Source of the DNA: Pontiella sp.
GTDB lineage: Bacteria > Verrucomicrobiota > Kiritimatiellia > Kiritimatiellales > Pontiellaceae
Length of the DNA: 64,000 bases
Reading direction: 5' to 3'
Assembly: GCA_050290185.1 (NCBI GenBank)
Contig: JBNKHE010000006.1
Coordinates: 128,001 to 192,000 of the forward strand
Position 1 is the first letter of the stretch; every line of letters starts with the position of its first letter. Shown here piece after piece: positions 29,105 through 38,906 of this stretch. The translations under genes were made by a program, and so were the position numbers. The notes below the pieces were generated by a model that worked only from the letters and a program-made list of their open reading frames with translations, was not told where the DNA came from and searched no databases.

Positions 29105-30747
29105 ATTTCCTTCGTAATCCAGGGCTTACCGCGCTTGAAGCTTTTGAATTGCATTTCATACAGTCTTCGAATCTCAGCTTTGGAGTCCGTCGAAGCATCC
29201 AATACTTTCTCCATGATTTTGGATGCCGCAGTAAAATCGCCACTTCTGGCATATGCACACGCCAACAGGCTCTGCGCTTCGTGGTCATTAGACTCACGAG
29301 TGCCAACCAAAAGCTGGGCATATTTCAGCGCTTGTTCTGCATCCCACAATGCAGAATCATTGGCACACGCATAACATTGTATTAATGATTTGCAGGCAGA
29401 GATGTTTCCGACATCGGCAGCGCGCTCCCACCACGTGATCGCTTCAGCCATATCCACATACCTATGCGAAAGGTTCCCGATCTCGTCTGCATAGTTTGAC
29501 AAGGGATTCAGCTTGTAGGCCTCATGGTAGATCTCCAACGCCAATAATCCTTTTTTAGGCAAATGACTTCCTGTCTCAAACTTCACAGCCTCATCAGCCA
29601 GCGCCTTGGCTGTTGCCTCCCTGCCAGACTTATCCTTATTCTCAAGGATTCTCAGGTATGCGCCCATATTGTTATCGAATTCTTTGACTTTTTCCTGAGC
29701 CTCCGAATGCCCTTTGTAGGCAGCAATCCGGAAAAGGAAATAGGCGGTGCGAAGGCTGCGTTTCTGATTGTTTATATTCGTAATTTGACAATCGCTACAG
29801 CCAGGACAATCCGGACTGCAGTACCTTTTTGTCACATCTGAAAAACCAGTCATGTACTTCTTCGCAAGCTCGAATGCGGATTCCGCAGAGTTTTGCAGTA
29901 AATAGTACCTTACCGTTAACTCTCCAGGCATCTGGTTCCACATGTCATGTCTTTCGTAATATTCACACAATGAATCCAAGCACTTATGGGCGGCCTCCAG
30001 ATTGTTTTCATCCAAATATAGATAGCTCATCTGGAGATATATATCCGGCTGCCCCGAATCAACCAGCCGTTGGCAGATTTTCATTCCGGTTTCCGGACTG
30101 TAATATGGATCCGTGCGCTCACAAAAACGACATAGCATCCGTTTCTCCGCCCATGCGGAAGCCCCGGTTTCAGCAGCCTTTTTCAGCCACTCATCGGTAA
30201 CCTCCGGAGGGTATGGCCTTCCTTGTTTATATTGATTAAGTACCCGTAATAGTTTCGCCTTGAACCCTTTTTCGCCGGCATAGAACTGTGCTTGCGCCCC
30301 CGTCTTGGTTGCTTTGCCAAACTCCATATTGCGCGCATAAGCTGCGGCAAGAAGGCTCAGCGCTTCCGCATCCTTCGACTTTTTCCGAACTACAGCACCA
30401 GCGTATTTGACCGCCTTTTCGCCATCGTGGAATTGTGGATTGGGACAGGAGGCATAGATGCGCGCAAGGCCCTCGCAGGCCTTGAGATTGTTTTGGGAAA
30501 CCGCCTGTTCATACCACTCAATGGCCTTGGCATAATCGACCTCGGTGCCCTCGCCGTTTTCCAGACAGTGCCCCGCACCGACCATCGCCGGCACATGCCC
30601 CTCTTCCGCCGCCTGCACAAACAAAGGAAATGCCTGCGCCGGATCGGACTCGAACAACACCGCTCCCTGCTTGAATAGCTCGGCGCCATTCCCGTATGCA
30701 ACACCTGACCATAGACAAAGCATCAGCCTTGCAATAAGCCTCTTCAT
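29101..30747 (-). CDS. Secreted Sel1/TPR-repeat protein
   Basis: Signal peptide; Sel1 repeats (AAEEGHVPAM...GEGTEVDYAKAIEWYEQA; EAITWWERAADVG). Confidence 0.8.
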   Translation of the reverse strand: MKRLIARLMLCLWSGVAYGNGAELFKQGAVLFESDPAQAFPLFVQAAEEGHVPAMVGAGHCLENGEGTEVDYAKAIEWYEQAVSQNNLKACEGLARIYASCPNPQFHDGEKAVKYAGAVVRKKSKDAEALSLLAAAYARNMEFGKATKTGAQAQFYAGEKGFKAKLLRVLNQYKQGRPYPPEVTDEWLKKAAETGASAWAEKRMLCRFCERTDPYYSPETGMKICQRLVDSGQPDIYLQMSYLYLDENNLEAAHKCLDSLCEYYERHDMWNQMPGELTVRYYLLQNSAESAFELAKKYMTGFSDVTKRYCSPDCPGCSDCQITNINNQKRSLRTAYFLFRIAAYKGHSEAQEKVKEFDNNMGAYLRILENKDKSGREATAKALADEAVKFETGSHLPKKGLLALEIYHEAYKLNPLSNYADEIGNLSHRYVDMAEAITWWERAADVGNISACKSLIQCYACANDSALWDAEQALKYAQLLVGTRESNDHEAQSLLACAYARSGDFTAASKIMEKVLDASTDSKAEIRRLYEMQFKSFKRGKPWITKEI

Positions 30748-30769
30748 GATTCCCCCTTGCGTGATCCTC

Positions 30770-31537
30770 CTACCCGGAAGCCTCTCCGTCCCAGTTGTAT
30801 TCCTCCAGCAGGTCCTCGGGGTCGGAGATGTCGCGGACGGAAGGCTCGTTGCCAACCGCCGGCCCGTACACCTTCAACCAGATTCCCAATAGCTCGTCCT
30901 CGCTCACCTTTTCGTACTCGTAGGCCACCACATCCTCCGCAGTTCGAGAAGGGTCCTCCACTTTCGTGCGGTTATACTTTACCGCAATGGTGAGGTCTGC
31001 GGTGGTAAAGGTGTAGTCTTCTCCCGCTTCGATGCGATCCACCGTTACGGTCCGGGTGTTCATTTTCTTGATGGACTCGCCGTCACTGGTGGTGACCATG
31101 ACAAAATAGCGGTATTCGAGCTTCAACCCTTCGACCGGTTTTTTCGCCTTGTTCTTCAGAGTTATGTCATAGCGCAGGATCTGTCCCTTGCTGTGTTTCT
31201 TGGCGTCTTCATTGTCGGTCAACCCGTTCTTGAAGCTTTCCACCTTGTCCTTGTCGAAGGAGACGCGCAGATGCTTGTCGGATAAAACCCGGTCGGCGGC
31301 AATCCATTGCTTGATATAGGCCTGGTCGTCTTCGGAAAACATCCCGGGTGACACCGAGAACCGCTGGCCATCCTCCCGCTCGATCTGGATCTGTCCCTTG
31401 ATAGCGTCGAATGAAATGATTTTCGCCGCAATGGCACGGCCTTTCGAATCCGTGAAGACGTGGATTCCACTTTCCGCCAACGTTGCCAACACAGAAGACA
31501 ACAGTACGGCAACCAATCCAATAATCCTGTATTTCAT
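30770..31537 (-). CDS. Secreted protein with N-terminal SHD1-like domain
   Basis: Signal peptide then HVFTDSKGRAIAAKI...IEREDG...FSEDDQAYIKQW, the SHD1-type pattern common in PVC bacteria. Confidence 0.75.
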   Translation of the reverse strand: MKYRIIGLVAVLLSSVLATLAESGIHVFTDSKGRAIAAKIISFDAIKGQIQIEREDGQRFSVSPGMFSEDDQAYIKQWIAADRVLSDKHLRVSFDKDKVESFKNGLTDNEDAKKHSKGQILRYDITLKNKAKKPVEGLKLEYRYFVMVTTSDGESIKKMNTRTVTVDRIEAGEDYTFTTADLTIAVKYNRTKVEDPSRTAEDVVAYEYEKVSEDELLGIWLKVYGPAVGNEPSVRDISDPEDLLEEYNWDGEASG

Positions 31538-31627
31538 CAGTACCTCCGGCTAGTAGATCGAATCTTACAAGAAAGTGCGAATCCCAGGCAAGGTTTTGAA
31601 CCATGCGTTATAAAAGCATCCTCGCCC

Positions 31628-31792
31628 GCACGACGGGTTGGTCTCACACGGTCATCTACTCTGAGGGACGAGCCCTCAGGCTCAAACTCGAACGAGAGCA
31701 ACGGAGATAACAGGGGTTTATGCATTTCTCCGCTGGCTCTGCTAGCTCTGCGCGAAATACTCCTCCGGCCATGCACGACGGGTTGATCTCAC
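31628..31792. repeat. 20-bp direct repeat pair flanking hairpin-rich DNA
   Basis: GCACGACGGGTTGGTCTCAC (31628-31647) vs GCACGACGGGTTGATCTCAC (31773-31792), 19/20 identical. Confidence 0.7.
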
Positions 31793-31979
31793 GAGCAAGA
31801 GGACTCTGACCAAGGGCCTGGACTTTCCTGTGGGGGATTCCCCCACAAATCTTTCAAGGGCATCATCTTGCCGAACAGCCTTGTGCGCGGATAGTATGTT
31901 TCTGATATGCGGTCTTCACCAAACCGGCACGGTCGCATTGGAAAATTCAAGGGGAACCATGTCCGACTATAGGAGAAAA

Positions 31980-32783
31980 ATGAATAAAACCACCGCGAAG
32001 AAATCCCCCTTACGTAACCCACCACTCCGGAATCCCGCCCAGTCGCTACTTGAACACAAGGAAGAGCTACTTTCTGACAAGCTACTTGGATACGTCATGT
32101 ATCCGATGGCTTTCTTTCTGTGGGCTGGCTATGAATGGGTTCGACTTCTACACCCTATGCGGCCCGTACCGTGGGGCGCAACAGTATGTGCTTGTGTGGT
32201 AACTGCTATCTGCATTCCAAAAATCCTTCAGTTGAAGAAGCAGGTAAGAAACATTAACCGAGGAATCGAAGGAGAAAAGTCGGTCGGCCAGTTTTTGGAG
32301 CAATTCCGCATTAACGGATACGAGGTGTTTCACGATATTCCCGGTGACAGCATCAAGGGGGAAAAGCACAACATCGACCATGTTATGATCGGGCCCGGTG
32401 GCGTGTTCACCGTGGAAACCAAATATGTCCAAAAGCCATCCAAGGGACAATGTGTCATCGAAAAGGACGGCGATGTGCTCCGGATCAATGGGCGAGAACC
32501 CACTCGCAACCCCGTCATTCAAGCCAAAGCTCAGAGCAAGGAACTGGCCCGGATATTGGCAACATCTACCGGCCAGAAGTACACCGCACAGCCAATAGTG
32601 GTTTATCCCGGTTGGTACGTTAAAAACCTGACTCCCGACACATCCGTCTTGGTGCTGCACGAAGATATGATCAGCACGGCGCTAGCGAACTCGAAAACAT
32701 CCCTGACACCAGACAAGGTCCATTTGGCGGCCTATCATTTGAGCCGGCATGTCATGAGCATCGATCGCGACAGGAACGGATGA
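31980..32783 (+). CDS. NERD (nuclease-related domain) protein with 2 TM helices
   Basis: GIEGEKSV...VFHDI...NIDHVMIGPGGVFTVETK...NPVIQA; AGGAG RBS. Confidence 0.85.
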   Translation: MNKTTAKKSPLRNPPLRNPAQSLLEHKEELLSDKLLGYVMYPMAFFLWAGYEWVRLLHPMRPVPWGATVCACVVTAICIPKILQLKKQVRNINRGIEGEKSVGQFLEQFRINGYEVFHDIPGDSIKGEKHNIDHVMIGPGGVFTVETKYVQKPSKGQCVIEKDGDVLRINGREPTRNPVIQAKAQSKELARILATSTGQKYTAQPIVVYPGWYVKNLTPDTSVLVLHEDMISTALANSKTSLTPDKVHLAAYHLSRHVMSIDRDRNG

Positions 32784-32912
32784 GCGGTTGCTTTTCAGCA
32801 AAAACTGCGCATGAGGCAGAGCGGCGTAACGCATGGGCTGGCGGATAGGTTGATTTCCCCGCTCTTGCGGATCGACTCCAGAGTTGCATTCCAACGCTCT
32901 CATTTATGCAAA

Positions 32913-32928
32913 TGGCACGCACAGTGCT
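32913..32928 (+). promoter_or_regulatory. Putative sigma54 promoter of the mreB operon
   Basis: TGGCACGCACAGTGCT = TGGCAC-N5-(T>G)TGCW, 86 bp upstream of the mreB ATG. Confidence 0.55.
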
Positions 32929-32999
32929 ATTCATTTGACCTTGACCAGGGTGGGCGATTTGTCACATGGTCTATCGGTTTTATTAAACCCCATTTTTAA

Positions 33000-34043
<1,044 letters not shown>

Positions 34044-34113
34044 TTCTTCCTGATCCATCAAATATCTTCCTGCAACGTGCTGTTGCGCCTGTCCGCCCTG
34101 AGGTAAGGGACGG

Positions 34114-34941
34114 ATGGCTTTTAGGAATAAAAGAGTAGTGTATGCCACAGCTGCGATCGCGTTGCTGGTGGTGGTGTTTGTTCCGCTTCCCTCGCTCACG
34201 CTTAAGGGGAAGGGCGTGGTTCGTAGCGCCATGACCCCGGCCGAACGCGGCACCTCCGGCATATGGAAGCGCCTGTCCGAGGCGGCGGCGGCGATTCGCG
34301 GCATGGGCGGCGCAGTCGAAGAAAACCGCGATCTTTCCCGCGAGCTGGTGCGCGTCCAGGCCAAGCTCAATAGTTTACTCGATGCGGAGGCCGACAACGT
34401 CCGCCTGCGCCACGCGTTCCGGTTTTATCAGGAACAACCGGACACGATGATCCCCTGCGATGTCGTCAGCCGCGATATCAGCGGCTGGTGGAACTCGGTC
34501 CGCATCGGCAAGGGCTCCAAAGCGGGCATTGAACCGGATCTGGCCGTGATCAGTCCCGACGGGCTGGTGGGAAAAACCACGGAGCCTACCCCGTACACTA
34601 CCGAAGTGCTGCTGGTATCCGATCCCGCCTGCCAGGTATCGGCTAAAATCAAGCGTGTGGATGTCTTCGGCCTGGTTCGCGGTGCCGGAACCACGATGAA
34701 GGGCGAGCCCCGTGCGCGGATCGACTTCATCAACAAGGATGTCGAAATCCGCGTGAACGACGAAGTGGTGACCTCCGGCCTCGGAGCATTCCCCAAGGGG
34801 GTGCATATCGGCTATGTGAACAGGATCTACCGCGATGAATCCGGCCTTTTCCAGTATGCAGACATCATTCCGCGCGCCACCGTCGGCCTGCTCGACTATG
34901 TCTTCGTGCTTTCCCCCGCTCCCCGGGAGACCACGGAATGA
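34114..34941 (+). CDS. mreC: Rod shape-determining protein MreC
   Basis: N-terminal TM, coiled coil, IGKGSKAGI...GLVGK, VVTSGLG.FPKG; position after mreB. Confidence 0.92.
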   Translation: MAFRNKRVVYATAAIALLVVVFVPLPSLTLKGKGVVRSAMTPAERGTSGIWKRLSEAAAAIRGMGGAVEENRDLSRELVRVQAKLNSLLDAEADNVRLRHAFRFYQEQPDTMIPCDVVSRDISGWWNSVRIGKGSKAGIEPDLAVISPDGLVGKTTEPTPYTTEVLLVSDPACQVSAKIKRVDVFGLVRGAGTTMKGEPRARIDFINKDVEIRVNDEVVTSGLGAFPKGVHIGYVNRIYRDESGLFQYADIIPRATVGLLDYVFVLSPAPRETTE

Positions 34942-35447
34942 AACGACGCGCCTACATGCTGTTCATCATTGTTTTCGGCGCCCTGCTGCAACAGGCGCTG
35001 CCGGGAGTCGCAATGCTTGGCGGGATGAAACCCCCGATTCTGGCGGCCATGGCGCTGCACCATGCATTGCGGAAAGGTACGCCGGACCTCTGGTTGGCGG
35101 TCCTGCTGGCCGCGCTGCTGCAGGACGGGCTTGAGCTGGGCTCCTTCGGACCGGCTCTGCTGGCGTTTCCGGTGATGAGCCAGCTGGCCTACCGCATCCG
35201 GAACGAAATATTTGCCGACGGGCTGGTCACGCAGCTGGCCCTCGGCGCCGCCATGGGCATCTTCACGGCGTTCACCACGTTGCTGATCTATTCCATTACC
35301 GGCCAGCGCGTGCTGCCAGCCGGACTGGTATTCCTGCGGCTTTTCGGTTCGGTGCTGCTAGGCATGGCCACCCTGCCCGTGGTTTCCCGCATCGTCAACG
35401 GTCTGGAATCGCTGATTCCCAAACCCCGGGAGTACGGCTGGCAATGA
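34938..35447 (+). CDS. mreD: Rod shape-determining protein MreD
   Basis: 169-aa polytopic membrane protein between mreC and mrdA with ATGA overlaps. Confidence 0.75.
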   Translation: MKRRAYMLFIIVFGALLQQALPGVAMLGGMKPPILAAMALHHALRKGTPDLWLAVLLAALLQDGLELGSFGPALLAFPVMSQLAYRIRNEIFADGLVTQLALGAAMGIFTAFTTLLIYSITGQRVLPAGLVFLRLFGSVLLGMATLPVVSRIVNGLESLIPKPREYGWQ

Positions 35448-37606
35448 AGGTGCGTCAAAAAAGAGAAGCCAGTATCTTGGTGGTGTGGACGGTCCTTGGC
35501 CTCATGCTGACCGGCATGGGTACACTGGTCGCGGAGCTTTGGAAACTGCAGGTGAAACAGCAGAGTGGCTTCGAAAAGGTCTTCCGCAACCAGTGCGTCC
35601 GGCGCGTCCGCCTGCCGGCGGTACGCGGCAAGATCTACGACACCAACGGCGAGTGCCTGGCCGACAGTGTCCCGAACTATTGCATCGCCATCTATACCGC
35701 CGAATTACGTGCGCCGCATTCCCCCGTCGCCAACGCCCTCGAGTTGGTTCACGAAATAGAAACACGTGTCGGCCGCAAGCCGGACGTTACCTATCGCGAC
35801 ATCAAGCGCCACATGATGTTCACCCCGGACCAGCCGCTGATGGCGTGGAAGGGGTTGAAACCGGAAGAAATCTCCAAGTGGCGCGCGGCCTTCGAAGACT
35901 GGACCGCGCCGCAGAATGGTTCACTGCTGCGGCACCGCATTCCCGGACTCGATCTCGGAAAGCCGGTCGATGGAGACTCGATCGTCATTCATACCCAGAA
36001 ACTGAAAAAAGAACCGACCAGCACCGCGGCGAACACGCTGGAACTCGTGTATGAAATCTCCGAGCGGATCGGCATCGCGCCCCAGGTTACGTTGCGGGAT
36101 ATCAAAAACCACATCTATGCCCGCCGGCCGCTTCCGCTACTGGCGTGGCAGAAGGTTGATAGCCGGACCATGGCCCGGTGGGCGGACACCTGCTCAAACC
36201 TGCTCGGCACCGATATCTACTACAAACCGGACCGCACCTATCCGGAAGGCGAAAATCTGGGCCATCTGATCGGCTACACGCGCGAAGCCGATGCCATACG
36301 GGAAGAAGAAGGCCAGCGGATTGACTTCGACATGCGCGATATCAAAGGCATCAAGGGCCTGGAGAGCACTTACAACGAATTGCTCAGCGGGGAACCCGGC
36401 TATAATCTCGTGCAGATCGATGTCTCCGGCTTCCATCACCGCGACCTCCAGTCGAAACCGCCGGTCCCGGGAGGCGATCTGCTTCTCGCCATCGATAAGA
36501 ACATCCAGCGGTTTGCCGTCGAAGCGCTCGCAATGAAACAGAACGGAGAGGACCCGGACCAGCCGGTGCGCGGCGCAGTGGTGGTGCTCGACCCGAACAA
36601 CGGCGACGTACTTGCCCTGGCCAGCTCGCCTTCTTTCGATCCCAATGCCTACATGGCTTCGTCCAGCTACCGCGCGAAGCTCATGAAGGATCCCTCGATG
36701 CGCGCCATCAATCGCGCGGTTTACGGGCAGTATCCTCCGGGCAGCACCTTCAAGCCAATTGCCGCCCTCGGCGTATTGCGCGTGTATCCGGGCTTCGCCG
36801 AAACCGTCTACGACTGCGACGGCTACATTAGGGTGAACCGCCGGAAAATGCGCTGCGACACCTACCGGACCGGTGGTCACGGCGAGCTCAACCTGCGCGA
36901 GACGATCATGTGCTCCTGCAATGTCTACATGTTCAGGATGGCCCTGGATGTCGGATTTGAGCCGATCCACAACATCGCCGAGCAGATGGGTCTGGGGCAG
37001 TATGCCGGCCTGTTTCCGGATCTCGACAAGCCGCCGCAACAGAAGGATTTGAAATACGGGAACCTGCCCGACCACACCATCAACGACATTGATCTGTGCA
37101 ACATGGCCATCGGCCAGGGAGCCATTACCGCAAGCCCGCTGCAGATGGCAATGGCGACGGCGGCCATCGCCAACGGCGGCACGCTCTACCGCCCCCGCCT
37201 CGTGAAGAAGTGGCGCACCGGTCCGGACGAGGACTACAATAACAACCCGACCTGGGCCATCCGGCGCATTGACGCCCCCATCGAAGCGTTCGAGCTGGTG
37301 CGTGCCGGCATGCTTGATGTGATCGAAGACCGCGGAGGCACCGGAGGGAAAGCCCGGGTTCCGGGCATCGCCATCGCCGGGAAAACCGGCACGGCGCAAT
37401 ACAATAAAAAATTCCCCGATGGCATCGTGCGTGAAAGCCAGCAGACCTGGATGATCTCGTTTGCGCCCTATGATTTCCCCCGCTACGCCATCGCCTTCCT
37501 GGTGGAGGATGGCACCTTTGGCGGCAGCACGGTCGGACCGCGCCTCAGCTACCTCTACGAGCATATTTTCGAATATGACGGAACGCTCAAAAAGGAGGTC
37601 ATGTGA
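35444..37606 (+). CDS. mrdA: Penicillin-binding protein 2 (class B) with duplicated head-domain segment
   Basis: RGKIYD, PGSTFK (SxxK), SCN (SxN), KTGT; operon position. Confidence 0.92.
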   Translation: MKVRQKREASILVVWTVLGLMLTGMGTLVAELWKLQVKQQSGFEKVFRNQCVRRVRLPAVRGKIYDTNGECLADSVPNYCIAIYTAELRAPHSPVANALELVHEIETRVGRKPDVTYRDIKRHMMFTPDQPLMAWKGLKPEEISKWRAAFEDWTAPQNGSLLRHRIPGLDLGKPVDGDSIVIHTQKLKKEPTSTAANTLELVYEISERIGIAPQVTLRDIKNHIYARRPLPLLAWQKVDSRTMARWADTCSNLLGTDIYYKPDRTYPEGENLGHLIGYTREADAIREEEGQRIDFDMRDIKGIKGLESTYNELLSGEPGYNLVQIDVSGFHHRDLQSKPPVPGGDLLLAIDKNIQRFAVEALAMKQNGEDPDQPVRGAVVVLDPNNGDVLALASSPSFDPNAYMASSSYRAKLMKDPSMRAINRAVYGQYPPGSTFKPIAALGVLRVYPGFAETVYDCDGYIRVNRRKMRCDTYRTGGHGELNLRETIMCSCNVYMFRMALDVGFEPIHNIAEQMGLGQYAGLFPDLDKPPQQKDLKYGNLPDHTINDIDLCNMAIGQGAITASPLQMAMATAAIANGGTLYRPRLVKKWRTGPDEDYNNNPTWAIRRIDAPIEAFELVRAGMLDVIEDRGGTGGKARVPGIAIAGKTGTAQYNKKFPDGIVRESQQTWMISFAPYDFPRYAIAFLVEDGTFGGSTVGPRLSYLYEHIFEYDGTLKKEVM

Positions 37607-37715
37607 TGAGCCGCCTTTTTGACCTCTGGCACATGGCGCACGGAGCATGGAGCGGACGGCACGAAACCGCCATGCGTTCTGCGCTTTGCGCTTTGCCGGC
37701 ACGGGAGGTGCTGTC

Positions 37716-38894
37716 ATGAACGGCATCCACCTTAAGCGCCTGGACTGGGTTATGCTCGGAACGATTCTGCTGCTGATCGGGCTGAGTGCCGCGTTTATCT
37801 ACAGTGCCCAGTTTAAGTCGGATGCGGATCCGGTCGGCACCAACTGGATCAAGCAACTGGTCTTTGCCGGCATGGGCCTGGGGGCCTATTTTGCCTTGGT
37901 CTGGCTCGACTACAGCCACATCGCCAAGCTCTCCTGGCTCATCTATGGCGGTGCGATACTGCTGCTGTTGCTAGTATTCGCGTTCCCCGAGGTCAATGGC
38001 GCCCACCGCTGGATTCCACTGCCGGGCTTTACCCTGCAGGCCTCGGAGATCGCGAAGATTGCCGTGGTCATCGGCCTTGCGACCTATTTGTCTGCCCCCG
38101 ACCGCGATATGGATGAATGGAAAACCTTCTTCATCGCAGTCGCGATCGTCGGAGTGCCGTTCCTTTTGATTGCGGCGGAACCGGATCTGAGCACCTCGCT
38201 GACGCTGGCGCCGATCACGCTGGCCATCATGCTCTATTGCGGGCTGCAGCGGCGTCTCCTCATCATCGGCGTTGCGGCATTTCTTCTTTTGGCGGTCGTC
38301 GCCTGTGTGTGGATCAAATACGAGACCACCCCGGAAATTGAAGCGCTGCCCGAGGCCGAACGCCCCGGGATCGTACTGCCGCGGATGCCGTTGCTGGCCG
38401 ACTACCAGAAGGGGCGCATCAAGGTTTTCCTCACCGAGAATCACGATTTGGCCAATGCCGGCTGGAATAAACTGCAGTCGCAGATTGCCGTGGGCTCCGG
38501 CGGGTTTCACGGTAAAGGCTATTTGAACGGGACGCAGAATATCCTGGGATTCCTTCCCCGGACAGTGGCTCCCACCGATTTTATCTTCTGCGTGATCGCG
38601 GAAGAAACCGGCTTTCTGGGTGGAGTGGGCTTCGCGCTGCTTTACTCGTTATTGTTAGGAAGATGTATGTGGGCCTCCATCAGGGCCCACGATGAATTTG
38701 GGCGGCTCGTGGCGCTGGGAATCGGCGTCATGTTGTTCTGTCATGTGTTTGTAAACATAGCGATGACGATCGGCGTATTGCCGATCACGGGGCTTCCGTT
38801 GCCACTGATGAGCTACGGAGGATCCTTCATGGTCAGTACCATGATCGCACTTGGCCTGGTGCAAAGCGTGTACCATCGCCGGAGAATTAGATAA
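37716..38894 (+). CDS. rodA: SEDS peptidoglycan polymerase RodA
   Basis: GAHRWI, QASEIAK, EPDL, GSGGFHGKG, TDFIF, PITGLPLPLMSYGGS. Confidence 0.93.
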   Translation: MNGIHLKRLDWVMLGTILLLIGLSAAFIYSAQFKSDADPVGTNWIKQLVFAGMGLGAYFALVWLDYSHIAKLSWLIYGGAILLLLLVFAFPEVNGAHRWIPLPGFTLQASEIAKIAVVIGLATYLSAPDRDMDEWKTFFIAVAIVGVPFLLIAAEPDLSTSLTLAPITLAIMLYCGLQRRLLIIGVAAFLLLAVVACVWIKYETTPEIEALPEAERPGIVLPRMPLLADYQKGRIKVFLTENHDLANAGWNKLQSQIAVGSGGFHGKGYLNGTQNILGFLPRTVAPTDFIFCVIAEETGFLGGVGFALLYSLLLGRCMWASIRAHDEFGRLVALGIGVMLFCHVFVNIAMTIGVLPITGLPLPLMSYGGSFMVSTMIALGLVQSVYHRRRIR

Positions 38895-38906
38895 GGAGAG
38901 ATCATC

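Noticed and set aside
29785..29825. CxxxCxxC as a radical SAM motif
   Set aside because: It lies in a secreted alpha-helical Sel1 protein with no radical SAM fold motifs.
31628..31792. CRISPR array
   Set aside because: Only two repeats, a 125-bp spacer and no cas genes.
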